DNA of 64,000 nt from an uncultured Rikenellaceae bacterium (lineage in GTDB: Bacteria; Bacteroidota; Bacteroidia; Bacteroidales; VadinHA17), in the NCBI GenBank assembly GCA_964599235.1, contig CAZRDX010000040.1, positions 9,666 through 73,665 on the forward strand, read 5' to 3'. Below, one piece after another: positions 28,370-37,717 of this stretch; the stretch's first letter is position 1; every line of letters begins with the position of its first letter. The translations under genes were made by a program, and so were the position numbers. The notes under the pieces are model-generated. The model saw only the letters and a program-made list of their open reading frames with translations, ran no database searches and had not been told where the DNA came from.

Positions 28370-28441
28370 CAGCTTCAGCTTTCCTGACAAAGGTAACAAA
28401 GAGGAGCTTTCAGAAACACAGGAAAAATTTCTTTTCCATTT

Positions 28442-30667
28442 TTAAAATTCCACCCTCATTCCGCTCCTGAAGGAGCGTCCTTCATGCGGCCATCCCGGAA
28501 CGGTCTGGTAATGATGGTCCAGCAGATTATCCACTCCGGCAAAAAGCCGGATCTTTCCGTCACGTGGTATGGTCCCTTCCAGGGTCAGATCGATGTCAAC
28601 GAAATTCCCGAGGGGCATCTTGCCATGCTCCTTCAGCCAGCTTTTGCTGAGGAAACGGTCGTTGTAATACCTTCCGGTGTAATGGGTCAGCAGGTTTATC
28701 CGGATCTCTCCAAACCTGCAGGAAGTACCGGCATTCCAGATCAAGCGGGGTGTCTCGTCGTCGTATGTCCAGGAAGAGTCTCTTGCCTCTCCTTTCATCC
28801 ACATCAGGTTGGCGAAGATATCCCATCTTCCCGGGATGATCTGCCGGCGGAGGGCAGCTTCCATGCCATAGCTCCTCCTGTCTCTGTTCTCATACAGCTC
28901 GACAAGAACCCCGCTGTCCGCTTCGGCGGTCTCTCCGGAATAGCCGATGGCATCGTTCCTGTCGATAAAGAAAAGATTGAACGTGAGCGTTCCGTTCCCG
29001 TGACAATGGCGCACAGCCCCGATCTCCAGGTTGGTCCTTTTTTCATTCCGGGGAGGTTCACCTGTTGCGGTAAGAGCTCCTTTGCGTGGGGTGACGATAC
29101 CGGTCGCGATGTTACCGTGAAGCGAAAAGGCTGCTCCCTGCATGAACGACAAACCTCCCATTGCCTGCCAGACAGGCGGTTGCCATTCGTTCCGGATAGG
29201 CTCGACATCCTGGAACTTTTTTGAAGAACCTTCAATGGAGAATGCAGACCATTCCCGAAAGAACTCATCCGTGATGCGGATCCCGAGATCCATCACCCAT
29301 TTCCCCTGAATGTGCTGGTCGACCCCCACGACAGAGAGGGTATGGACATTGGCAGGATGTTCCCAATAATACCGTTTGCCGTTGGGGGCCACCCAGTGGT
29401 TGTAAAGGGCACCGATACGCATGACGTTGTGTTTGCCCAGATTCAGGATGGAAATATGACTGATCGTGGTTTCCCGGTCTTTTTCCCGATATTGCAGGCT
29501 CATGTCCGAAGTGTCGTTCCGGTAACGATATTCCGGATCACGGAGTGCCACGTTCACCAGCATTTCACCACGCAAACGGGAAGAAACCCGATAGTTCATT
29601 TTGGCGGCAGTCAGGAGAGTATTGAGCGGCCGGTAATGTTCGGTGGCTGTCCGGAATTTCAAGGCAGCAGGCGGCACGGGACGTATCAGTCCACGTTCAC
29701 CTCCGATCCAGTATGAAAAGAAACGCATGGTCATCCCGGGCCGGATCTTCCATCGCAGATTACCGTAGAGGTGGACGATCCTTTCTCTGCCGTTCCTTCC
29801 GGGAGGTCCGTCGGTGCCGTAAAAAGTTGCGCTTCCGGTATATTTCACGGCTTTTGTTCCGTTGCCGTGCATCACACCCGCAGAAATAGTGTTCCTGCTT
29901 CCATAGAACAACTCTGCCGCGGTATATACTGTGTCGATCTCCCTGCTTTGCACATCGATCACTCCCGTGAGCGGAGACAGGCTTTTCAGGAGCGCTGCCG
30001 GTGACCGGTCGACGGTGATCTTCCCGATGTCAAGAGTATGCAGAAAGGGAGCGGTCTCACAGAACTCTTTTTGGATGATCCCGTTGAGAGAGTATCCCGG
30101 ATAGGGATAAGTTTGCCCTCTGATGGTGAAGAATTCCTTCACTTTCCTGCCCCTCGACTCGATCCATCCTCCCGGAACATACCGGAGGGCCTCAGGCAGG
30201 GTGACGGGAGCATACTTTTCCATGTCAGCGGGAAGGATCACCGTCTCCGAAGGGAGCAGTGAAAAAGGTTCAGCCTGCGGATCCTTCCGGAGGCGCATTA
30301 CCGCGAGTGCAGCATATACGTTCACAGCTTCTATGCGGGTGGTATCCCGAGGCAGGGAGATGATCAGATATTTCATCTTTCCCTTTTCTATCACCACGGG
30401 AAGCACCACCTCCCGGTAACCGACCGCACCTGCTCTCAGATGGTAACTTGCAGGAAGGATCCCTGAAAGCTGAAAATGTCCGGAGGAGTCCGTGCTGGTC
30501 CCTTCCCCTCCCGGAAGAAGGATGATATGGGCTCCTGCTAACGGTTGACCGGTGGCTCGATCCGTCACTCTTCCTTCCAGACGTTCCTGAGCGGGAAGAA
30601 CCCGGATGCAACTCCACAACAGAAGCGCTATGATCACACGAAATTCCCGCTTGAAAGAACCAATCAT
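28442..30667 (-). CDS. TonB-dependent receptor with CarboxypepD_reg-like N-terminal domain
   Basis: Signal peptide MIGSFKREFRVIIALLLW. LEGRVTDRATGQPLAGAHIILL is a carboxypeptidase-regulatory-like fold, followed by plug-like and barrel regions. Terminal Phe (MRVEF). ATG 30667 is preferred over the track TTG 30691. No SusD-like gene follows. Confidence 0.88.
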   Translation of the reverse strand: MIGSFKREFRVIIALLLWSCIRVLPAQERLEGRVTDRATGQPLAGAHIILLPGGEGTSTDSSGHFQLSGILPASYHLRAGAVGYREVVLPVVIEKGKMKYLIISLPRDTTRIEAVNVYAALAVMRLRKDPQAEPFSLLPSETVILPADMEKYAPVTLPEALRYVPGGWIESRGRKVKEFFTIRGQTYPYPGYSLNGIIQKEFCETAPFLHTLDIGKITVDRSPAALLKSLSPLTGVIDVQSREIDTVYTAAELFYGSRNTISAGVMHGNGTKAVKYTGSATFYGTDGPPGRNGRERIVHLYGNLRWKIRPGMTMRFFSYWIGGERGLIRPVPPAALKFRTATEHYRPLNTLLTAAKMNYRVSSRLRGEMLVNVALRDPEYRYRNDTSDMSLQYREKDRETTISHISILNLGKHNVMRIGALYNHWVAPNGKRYYWEHPANVHTLSVVGVDQHIQGKWVMDLGIRITDEFFREWSAFSIEGSSKKFQDVEPIRNEWQPPVWQAMGGLSFMQGAAFSLHGNIATGIVTPRKGALTATGEPPRNEKRTNLEIGAVRHCHGNGTLTFNLFFIDRNDAIGYSGETAEADSGVLVELYENRDRRSYGMEAALRRQIIPGRWDIFANLMWMKGEARDSSWTYDDETPRLIWNAGTSCRFGEIRINLLTHYTGRYYNDRFLSKSWLKEHGKMPLGNFVDIDLTLEGTIPRDGKIRLFAGVDNLLDHHYQTVPGWPHEGRSFRSGMRVEF

Positions 30668-30701
30668 CCTTTCCGTCCTTTTGCGGGGCAAAGATAATTT
30701 T

Positions 30702-31334
30702 TTAATGCCTGGTACGGGAGTGCTTCTTCGTGAGATCCACGTGACGTTTCATCACCACCCTCGTGCCCGAGCTCCTGTCGTGGATCATCAGTCCTTCCCC
30801 ATCGAAAACGCTTAACCACTCGAAAGGAATATACCGGAGGAGCGTACGGAAGAGGATCTCGACAAGGGACGGCTTTTGCATGCTTTCATTCACCACGACC
30901 GTATGCGTGATCCATTTCCCGACAGTACGTCCCCAGAAGCTTTCGAAAAGAAAGTAATACAAGAAATAGACAATGCTGAAAAATATCATGGTAGCAAAAT
31001 CGCCCATGTTTGCAAACCACTGAAAGTAAGCAGGAAACAGAGCATAGAGAACAAACAGGTCCAGCACCAGGAAAAAGAAAAAGAAGACGATCATGACCTG
31101 GTCGATCAGGCCGTTCAGGATACGAAGATGGATTCCTGCCGTGCTCAGTATCCTGTGATGTTTGAACTTTTTTTTCCGGATCTCAGGTATGACGTCGGGA
31201 TCTTTCTCAAAGTGTTCACATTTCCCCTCAAAGTCGGGTTTTTTCCCTGTGAGGGAACAAATGAGACCCACATCAAGACGCCGTTCACTATGACGGCACA
31301 ACCGGCAGTATTTCAACCTCTCCTCGAGGTTCAC
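30702..31334 (-). CDS. RDD family membrane protein with N-terminal Cys-rich (zinc-ribbon-like) segment
   Basis: CRLCRHS...C-x-H segment, then the RDD-type region RILNGLIDQVM with hydrophobic helices. The start codon is GTG (cac at 31332-31334). Confidence 0.7.
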   Translation of the reverse strand: MNLEERLKYCRLCRHSERRLDVGLICSLTGKKPDFEGKCEHFEKDPDVIPEIRKKKFKHHRILSTAGIHLRILNGLIDQVMIVFFFFFLVLDLFVLYALFPAYFQWFANMGDFATMIFFSIVYFLYYFLFESFWGRTVGKWITHTVVVNESMQKPSLVEILFRTLLRYIPFEWLSVFDGEGLMIHDRSSGTRVVMKRHVDLTKKHSRTRH

Positions 31335-31484
31335 TGTATACCTGATCCTTTTAGCAGCAAAATAGGAAAACTAAACAAAAAATTCAACCCCTGCAGCCAT
31401 CTTTTCATGTCATCTCCGGTCAGGAAAGCGTTCTTTCCCCGGAGAAAGACAGTGAAAAAGCAAGAACGGGAGATGTGATTGGGA

Positions 31485-31517
31485 TTAAAAAAAGACCCCA
31501 CCTTGCCGGTGGGATCT
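31485..31517 (-). terminator. Rho-independent terminator after the tRNA pair
   Basis: Stem 31493-31502 / 31508-31517 with 9 of 10 positions paired. On the minus strand it is followed by a T-run (complement of the A-run at 31486-31493). Confidence 0.55.
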
Positions 31518-31523
31518 TTTTCG

Positions 31524-31595
31524 AGCGGGAAACGGGGATCGAACCCGCGACCCTCAGCTTGGGAAGCTGATGCTCTACCACTGAGCTACTCCCGC
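31524..31595 (-). tRNA. tRNA-Gly (anticodon CCC)
   Basis: The reverse complement GCGGGAGTAGCTCAGTGGTAGAGCATCAGCTTCCCAAGCTGAGGGTCGCGGGTTCGATCCCCGTTTCCCGCT folds as a 72-nt cloverleaf. Anticodon loop TTCCCAA. CCA is not encoded. Confidence 0.93.
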
Positions 31596-31641
31596 ATGCG
31601 ACCGTTCGGAGGAAGATCCTCTTATAACGGTCTGTTTTCGG

Positions 31642-31714
31642 AGCCTCCCATCGGACTTGAACCGACGACCTGCTCATTACGAGTGAGCCGCTCTACCAAC
31701 TGAGCTAAGGAGGC
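31642..31714 (-). tRNA. tRNA-Thr (anticodon CGU)
   Basis: The reverse complement GCCTCCTTAGCTCAGTTGGTAGAGCGGCTCACTCGTAATGAGCAGGTCGTCGGTTCAAGTCCGATGGGAGGCT folds as a 73-nt cloverleaf. Anticodon loop CTCGTAA. Confidence 0.93.
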
Positions 31715-31786
31715 TTGTGGAACGGGACACAAAAATATAATTTCACAGGGAAATATTCAATATGTTCCCGGAAAAAAATCTTCCGA

Positions 31787-33028
31787 TCATCCATGTGCAT
31801 TTTTGTCCAGGGCACTCAGACGATCCAGCAAAGGAGGATGCGAAAAGTGGAAGAAAACGTATGCCGGATGCGGGGTCAGGTTGGAAAGGTTCTTCATGGA
31901 AAGCCGGATGAGAGCGGAGCTCAGGGAGGTTTTATATCCCAAGGCAGCAGCAAAAGCATCCGCCGCGAACTCATTCCTGCGTGAGATCAGGCCCGTGACC
32001 AGCCCTAACAGTGTGGTGAGGGGAGAGATGATCAAGGTGAAGGCCACGAGCCCCAGGCGGAGAGAGGTTCCTTCACCACCCAAGGCTTCCGACAAACGGG
32101 GATCTCGCAGAAAAAGGGAAAGGACCCATAACAACAACCCCGTTTCCAGCACGGACAACAGAAGTGACCAGAACACATGTTTCTTTCTGTAATGGCCTAT
32201 CTCATGGGCCAGCACTGCAAGCACCTCCTCTTCGGAAAGATCCTGAAGAAGGGTATCATAGAGCACGATCCTTTTCTTTTTTCCGATACCCGTGAAATAT
32301 GCATTCGCCTTGCTGCTACGCCGGGAACCGTCCATAACATAGACTTCGGTGTGGGGAAAGCCAGCCTCTTTGCACATTTTCAGTATCCTCTCCCTCAGCC
32401 GGCCTTCCTCAAGTGGTTTCTGTTCATTGAACAGTGGAACGATCAGGGAGGAATAGAACATGGTGAAGAACAGGCTGAATAGGGTGAAAAGCATCCATGC
32501 CCAGAGCCAGAAGGTCTTTCCCGCCATCTGGTAGAACATCACTAAGGCGGCCAGCAAGGGACCTCCTATAACGACGGCCAGAAACCAGCTTTTCATCTTG
32601 TCCGTCAGAAAGGTTCTCTTCGTCATCCTGTTGAAACCATAACGTGCCTCGATCACGAAATTGTCGTACCACTGGAAAGGCATGGTAAGCAGGTCATATC
32701 CCAGTCCAAGCACACCAAAAAAGAGAAGCGTATGGAGGATCTCGTTCCAGGATATTGTCCCTGTCCACTGGTCAAGAAAAGCAAATCCTCCGGTCAGGAT
32801 CATGGCCAGCGTCAGTATTGTGGAAAAAGCAGAGGTCATTACTCCGAAGCGGAGGTTGTCCAGATAATAGCGCTGCGAACGGGCATATTCCTTCTCATCG
32901 TAGATCCCCCGCAGCGGCGGGGGCACCTCTTCGCTCCAGGCCCGGGTGTTCAGGTACTCCAGGAACCTTTCCAGGAAATACCCTAACAAAATAAAAAAGA
33001 GTATGAGCCAGAAGTAAATGTTTTGCAT
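31787..33028 (-). CDS. M48 family zinc metalloprotease (Ste24/HtpX-like)
   Basis: Polytopic N-terminal half, HExxH zinc motif LAHEIGHYRKKH, and the downstream NEFAADAFA region. Confidence 0.88.
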   Translation of the reverse strand: MQNIYFWLILFFILLGYFLERFLEYLNTRAWSEEVPPPLRGIYDEKEYARSQRYYLDNLRFGVMTSAFSTILTLAMILTGGFAFLDQWTGTISWNEILHTLLFFGVLGLGYDLLTMPFQWYDNFVIEARYGFNRMTKRTFLTDKMKSWFLAVVIGGPLLAALVMFYQMAGKTFWLWAWMLFTLFSLFFTMFYSSLIVPLFNEQKPLEEGRLRERILKMCKEAGFPHTEVYVMDGSRRSSKANAYFTGIGKKKRIVLYDTLLQDLSEEEVLAVLAHEIGHYRKKHVFWSLLLSVLETGLLLWVLSLFLRDPRLSEALGGEGTSLRLGLVAFTLIISPLTTLLGLVTGLISRRNEFAADAFAAALGYKTSLSSALIRLSMKNLSNLTPHPAYVFFHFSHPPLLDRLSALDKNAHG

Positions 33029-33047
33029 GGATCTTCCGGTTACGAAC

Positions 33048-34115
33048 TCAGTAAGGTGATATCTCCAGGTTCATCTTCTTATAATCCAGCAAGCGGTTGC
33101 GTATGATCTCGAGGTATTGGCGGGTGATCTTGTTGTCTTCGAGGTCGAGGGATCTTCGCAGCCATTCTTCGGCCAGTCCCAGTTTGTCATTGATCTCGCT
33201 GACGAGGGCCATGTTAAAGGCAGCACGTGCGGCGGTGCGGTTTCCGGCGGTATAGGCGAGCCTGCGCCATATCTCGGCTGCCGCCAGCCACTTGTTCTCT
33301 TCCGCATAACGTCCCGCTTTTTTAAGAGAAGGATTACCGCCGGCATAATAGATCCTTTGAACGGGGTCCCATACAGGGAAGATAAGGTAAGCATAATGTT
33401 CTCCGGACATCCTTGCCAGGTCGAACACGGCCTTTTTCAGACTGGGCAGGCGGCTCAAGGCGCTGCGGTAAGAGTGTCCCGCACTGCTGAGCCGGATCGT
33501 GTCGTAGAGCACAGTACTGTCGAGAAGCCCTTTTTCCTCATCATATACGAACCAGACGGTACGCGTGAACAACCAGACGTTGATGGTGGTCATCCAGGCT
33601 GCTTCCCCTTCCTCATCCACAATGGCAAATTCCTGACTGCGTGTGATGGAATCACGTAACCAGAGAGAAGCCATGTCAATGCAGGTTTGTCCGCCGTTCT
33701 TCTGCAGGATCTCTTTCCATAAGACCGTTCCGAGCTGCAGGGGCAGCTGATGACCGAGACTGTCCACCATCAGCGAGTCAAAGAGGATCTTGTCGGTCCA
33801 GGGGGAGTCGGAAGCCACATCCGTAAAACCATAGATCACCTTCCAGGTCAGATCGTTGTACATCTTTACCGGAATCTTCAGATCATGGAACCTCAGGGTG
33901 TCTTTCCACAGTTCTTCTCCGGGCATCCGGTTCAGAAGCACCAAATTGCGTGGGGTATTGAAAAGGATCTTTTCCGGTGGATGGAGCACCTGGATACCGA
34001 CTTCCCTGGTGGTATAACACGAAGGAAGCAGGAACAGAAAGACGAGGCAGATCCCTGATATTACAGGAACGAAAAAGGTTGTCCGGTTCTCAGTATTTCC
34101 TTTTTTCTCGTTCAC
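33048..34115 (-). CDS. Lipoprotein with TPR-like C-terminus (paralog B)
   Basis: Lipobox FLFLLPSC. The C-terminus AARAAFNMALVSEINDKLGLAEEWL is TPR-like. The start is uncertain: GTG 34115 gives a normal signal peptide, while ATG 34208 or the track start 34292 overlap the upstream gene by more than 100 nt. Confidence 0.6.
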   Translation of the reverse strand: MNEKKGNTENRTTFFVPVISGICLVFLFLLPSCYTTREVGIQVLHPPEKILFNTPRNLVLLNRMPGEELWKDTLRFHDLKIPVKMYNDLTWKVIYGFTDVASDSPWTDKILFDSLMVDSLGHQLPLQLGTVLWKEILQKNGGQTCIDMASLWLRDSITRSQEFAIVDEEGEAAWMTTINVWLFTRTVWFVYDEEKGLLDSTVLYDTIRLSSAGHSYRSALSRLPSLKKAVFDLARMSGEHYAYLIFPVWDPVQRIYYAGGNPSLKKAGRYAEENKWLAAAEIWRRLAYTAGNRTAARAAFNMALVSEINDKLGLAEEWLRRSLDLEDNKITRQYLEIIRNRLLDYKKMNLEISPY

Positions 34116-35130
34116 GTTCGATGAGGCTTCTGTATCGTCTGATCTCTTCCGAGGGATATAGTTTCCATGCTGTGTCCAGATATTCCAATGCCTTGTCGTA
34201 ATCTCCATGACGTTCACTTGCAAGTGCGAGGTTGTACAGGAGCCTGGCCTTACGTGCACCTTTCGTTTGTTCCAGAGCTTTTTCCCATGCATTTACGGCT
34301 TTGTCCCATTGTCTGAAACGTACCATCCGGGTGGCTTCTCTCATCAATCTGCTCCTCGAGGTGTAAAACCTTCGCAGCACTGTAGTCGAAGAAGGCAACA
34401 GAAGAGCCGAAAGGTTCCACCCCAACACATAGCCCGCACGTTCCGATGCTGTCCGCAATGAGGGGAGTTTTTTCTTCACCTCATCCACGGTCGCTCCATC
34501 CACCTTGTAACTCACCGAATCACGGAACAACCCTTCAAATATAAAGCGTTTTGTTCTACAGTCATAGATTTTCCACCATGCCTTACTGAAAATCTTCATT
34601 TCGGCTTGTTGCATGATCTGAGGTTCCACCCGGTAAAGGATGGTCTTGGACCAGATCTTGTTGCGGGCCTCACGGGGCCAGCGTTTGTAGGTTGAGAATA
34701 CCAGGCTGTCCTCCAGATCCAGATGGTCCAGATACAGTACCAGGTCGACGGTATCCGGGCTTTCGCATATCGTCTCCAACTCCAGGGGCTCTGCCCTCCT
34801 ATCCTGTCCTTCAAGAGTATCGACCCATTCCAGGATCCCGCTGATCTCGATGTCTCCTTCTTCAAACATCCTTTCAGAGAACCCTATCAGTGCCCGTTCA
34901 CCGGCAGCCTGGATACAGAGCCGGTCATGCACGCTCACACAAACAAAAGAAGCATCCGTATTCACTCTTTCCGGAACCGAGAGCACCAGGAGCATGTGAT
35001 GTGCCTCTGCCGGGAGCATCACCTTGGGAGGGAACGTGATTTCCACCGCGATCTCCTTCTGTACCATACAGCCAGTGTGGAAGATCACCAGAAGGAAAAA
35101 GACCCCTGCCTTCATTTTTCCGCCCGCCAT
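34090..35130 (-). CDS. Lipoprotein with TPR-like C-terminus (paralog A)
   Basis: Signal and lipobox MKAGVFFLLVIFHTGC. The C-terminus ARLLYNLALASERHGDYDKALEYL is TPR-like. It shares LPSL(R/K) and other blocks with the downstream paralog. Confidence 0.7.
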   Translation of the reverse strand: MAGGKMKAGVFFLLVIFHTGCMVQKEIAVEITFPPKVMLPAEAHHMLLVLSVPERVNTDASFVCVSVHDRLCIQAAGERALIGFSERMFEEGDIEISGILEWVDTLEGQDRRAEPLELETICESPDTVDLVLYLDHLDLEDSLVFSTYKRWPREARNKIWSKTILYRVEPQIMQQAEMKIFSKAWWKIYDCRTKRFIFEGLFRDSVSYKVDGATVDEVKKKLPSLRTASERAGYVLGWNLSALLLPSSTTVLRRFYTSRSRLMREATRMVRFRQWDKAVNAWEKALEQTKGARKARLLYNLALASERHGDYDKALEYLDTAWKLYPSEEIRRYRSLIEREREKRKY

Positions 35131-35193
35131 CTCCTCCCCTTTTGAGAATGAAGATACAAAAAAATGAGATAGCGGCGACTTGCCGGGCCGGCT

Positions 35194-35940
35194 TCAGGTG
35201 TTCATTCCCCCGCAAACGTTGATCACCTGGCCGCTCACATAGGAAGAAAGGTCGGAGGCGAGGAACAATGCCACATTGGCCACATCTTCCGGCAGTCCGG
35301 GACGTCGTAGGGGGATTTGCTGGGTCCAGGCTTTTCGGACATCTTCAGGAAGTTTCCTGGTCATCTCTGTGTCGATGAAACCGGGAGCGATGGCATTGCA
35401 ACGGATCCCGCGCGATCCCACTTCCTTGGCCACCGATTTGGTAAATCCGATAATACCGGCCTTCGAGGCGGAATAATTAGACTGTCCGGCATTGCCGCTA
35501 ACACCTACCACTGAGCTCATGCTGATGATCGAACCGCTGCGCTGTTTCAGCATGTAAGGCTGAACCGCTTTGGTGAAGTTAAACACCGACTTGAGGTTCA
35601 CCTTAATGACCAGGTCCCACTGTTCTTCGGTCATCCTCATCAGCAGCGTGTCGCGTGTGATACCGGCATTATTGACCAGGATATCGATCTTTCCGAACGT
35701 CTGGATGATCTCTTCCACCACTTTCTGGGTGCCTTCGTAGTCGGAAGCATCCGAGGCGAAAGCCTTGGCCTTTACCCCGTATGATTCAATTGTTTTTACC
35801 GTTTCCTGTGCGTTCTCGTCGACAGCAAGGTCGGTGATGGCCACATCGGCCCCTTCCTGGGCAAAACGAATGGCTATGGCACGGCCGATTCCACGGGCAG
35901 CGCCTGTGACCACGGCGGTCTTTCCTTTCAACAGATCCAT
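35194..35940 (-). CDS. fabG: 3-oxoacyl-[acyl-carrier-protein] reductase
   Basis: TGAARGIG Rossmann motif, NNAG, and catalytic Ser...YSASK. The internal ATG 35940 (MDLLKGKTAVVTG) gives the canonical 248 aa. Confidence 0.88.
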   Translation of the reverse strand: MDLLKGKTAVVTGAARGIGRAIAIRFAQEGADVAITDLAVDENAQETVKTIESYGVKAKAFASDASDYEGTQKVVEEIIQTFGKIDILVNNAGITRDTLLMRMTEEQWDLVIKVNLKSVFNFTKAVQPYMLKQRSGSIISMSSVVGVSGNAGQSNYSASKAGIIGFTKSVAKEVGSRGIRCNAIAPGFIDTEMTRKLPEDVRKAWTQQIPLRRPGLPEDVANVALFLASDLSSYVSGQVINVCGGMNT

Positions 35941-36000
35941 TGTGTTTGGTTTTGGTTCAACAACAGACAAAAAAAAGAAAAAAATCCCACAAAGGAAGGA

Positions 36001-36744
36001 TCAGTTCATTTCTTTTATCCTTTTCCAGAGGGCAGGCAGGATGGTACCGGCTTTTCCTTTCAGGTGTATATCGGTAATGGTATGTGTGAAGGCAGAGGTC
36101 TCGGGGTTCACCTCAACAATGGTGGCACCATGTTCTTTGGCCAAACGAGGGATGAACGAGGCCGGCATGATCTCGCCGGTGGTACCGATGACCAGGAAGA
36201 CGTCGGCATTGCGGGCTTCTTCCTCGCTTTTGCGGGCTGCTTCGAAGGGTATGGGTTCGCCGAAGAATACGAAGTCCGGTTTCAGCACACTGTCGTCGTG
36301 CCGGCATTTCGGGGGCAGTATACGAAGATCCATCTCCTTGGCAGCGTAGGATGCGCCACAGCGTTCGCACAGCAGCCTTTGTGAATTGCCGTGATATTCG
36401 ATCACATTGCGACTGCCTGCCTCCTGATGGAGGTTGTCGATGTTCTGGGTGATCACTGCGGCCAGATGTCCTTCCCGTTCCATTTCGGCCAGGGTGTAAT
36501 GAGCAGGGTTCGGGGCCGCCCGGCCGAAAAAATCGTAGAAGATCTCCCGGATGACCTTCCATGATTCCAAAGGATGGGCATGGAAATAGTCGATATCCAG
36601 GACGATGGGGTCGTAACGGCTCCAGAGACCTTCTTTGCCCCGGAACGGAGGTATCCCGCTTTCTACCGAGATCCCTGCTCCGGTGAAGGCCGTGATGTGA
36701 GAAGCTTTCCTGAGGATCTCTGCGGCCTGCTCCAGCGGTTCCAT
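36001..36744 (-). CDS. cobB: NAD-dependent protein deacylase, Sir2 family
   Basis: GAGISVESGIPPFRG, QNIDNLH, zinc-binding Cys pairs (CERCG ... PPKC) and GTTGEIMPA. Confidence 0.9.
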   Translation of the reverse strand: MEPLEQAAEILRKASHITAFTGAGISVESGIPPFRGKEGLWSRYDPIVLDIDYFHAHPLESWKVIREIFYDFFGRAAPNPAHYTLAEMEREGHLAAVITQNIDNLHQEAGSRNVIEYHGNSQRLLCERCGASYAAKEMDLRILPPKCRHDDSVLKPDFVFFGEPIPFEAARKSEEEARNADVFLVIGTTGEIMPASFIPRLAKEHGATIVEVNPETSAFTHTITDIHLKGKAGTILPALWKRIKEMN

Positions 36745-36754
36745 CCGGAAGGGG

Positions 36755-37624
36755 TCATTTCAGGGCTTTGGCCATGGTTTCACCGATATGAGCGGGCGAT
36801 TCCACGACATGAATACCACATTCGGCCATGATCTTCATCTTGGCAGCAGCGGTATCGTCCTTGCCGCCGATGATGGCACCGGCATGCCCCATTCTCCGTC
36901 CTTTGGGAGCGGTCTGGCCGGCGATGAAGCCCACCACTGGTTTAGTACCGTGATCCCGCACCCAGTAAGCGGCATCGGCTTCCATGGTTCCCCCTATCTC
37001 ACCGATCATGATGATGCCTTCCGTCTCGGGATCTTCCATGAAGAGCTGGATCGCTTCCAGTGTGGAGGTGCCGATGATGGGGTCTCCTCCGATCCCTATA
37101 GCGGTGGTCTGTCCCAGACCTATCTTGGTCACCTGATCGACCGCCTCGTAGGTGAGCGTGCCGGAGCGGGAAACTATTCCGATAGGTCCTTTCTTGAAGA
37201 TGAAACCCGGCATGATGCCGATCTTGGTCTCCTCGGCCGTGATGATGCCGGGACAGTTGGGGCCGATCAGTCGTGAATCCCGGCGACTGAGGTATTCTTT
37301 CACCTTCACCATGTCGCTGGTGGGGATTCCTTCGGTAATGGCCACGATCACGCGGATCCCTGCGTCGGCGGCTTCCATGATCGCATCTGCGGCAAAGGGT
37401 GGCGGCACAAAGATCACTGAAACATCCGCCCCTGTTTCTTTGACCGCTTCACTCACAGTATCAAATACCGGACGGTCCAAATGTTTTTGTCCACCCTTGC
37501 CCGGGGTCACTCCCCCGACCACCCGGGTGCCGTACTCGATCATCTGCTGTGCATGGAAGGTGCCTTCACTTCCAGTAAAACCCTGGACCAGCACCCGCGA
37601 ATCCTTGTTGACCAAAATGCTCAT
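36755..37624 (-). CDS. sucD: Succinate--CoA ligase subunit alpha
   Basis: [22 protein letters not shown], and the phosphohistidine region [10 protein letters not shown]. Confidence 0.95.
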   Translation of the reverse strand: MSILVNKDSRVLVQGFTGSEGTFHAQQMIEYGTRVVGGVTPGKGGQKHLDRPVFDTVSEAVKETGADVSVIFVPPPFAADAIMEAADAGIRVIVAITEGIPTSDMVKVKEYLSRRDSRLIGPNCPGIITAEETKIGIMPGFIFKKGPIGIVSRSGTLTYEAVDQVTKIGLGQTTAIGIGGDPIIGTSTLEAIQLFMEDPETEGIIMIGEIGGTMEADAAYWVRDHGTKPVVGFIAGQTAPKGRRMGHAGAIIGGKDDTAAAKMKIMAECGIHVVESPAHIGETMAKALK

Positions 37625-37665
37625 TACCGATTTCTTTATTTAGTTCCCAACAATCAATGAAGTGT

Positions 37666-37696
37666 CAAAGGTATACCAATCGCGCCTATTTTCAAA
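37666..37696 (-). promoter_or_regulatory. Bacteroidota-type promoter (TTTG-N19-TACCTTTG) for sucD
   Basis: On the minus strand TTTG is at 37696-37693 and TACCTTTG at 37673-37666, 41 nt before ATG 37624. Confidence 0.45.
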
Positions 37697-37717
37697 GTTT
37701 CCTTACGATGTTGCACA

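Noticed and set aside
31524-31714. tRNA-Thr/tRNA-Gly pair as a possible integration hotspot for a mobile element
   Set aside because: No integrase, direct repeat of a tRNA 3' end, or compositional break is seen on either side. The flanking genes are ordinary chromosomal genes and the pair has its own terminator.
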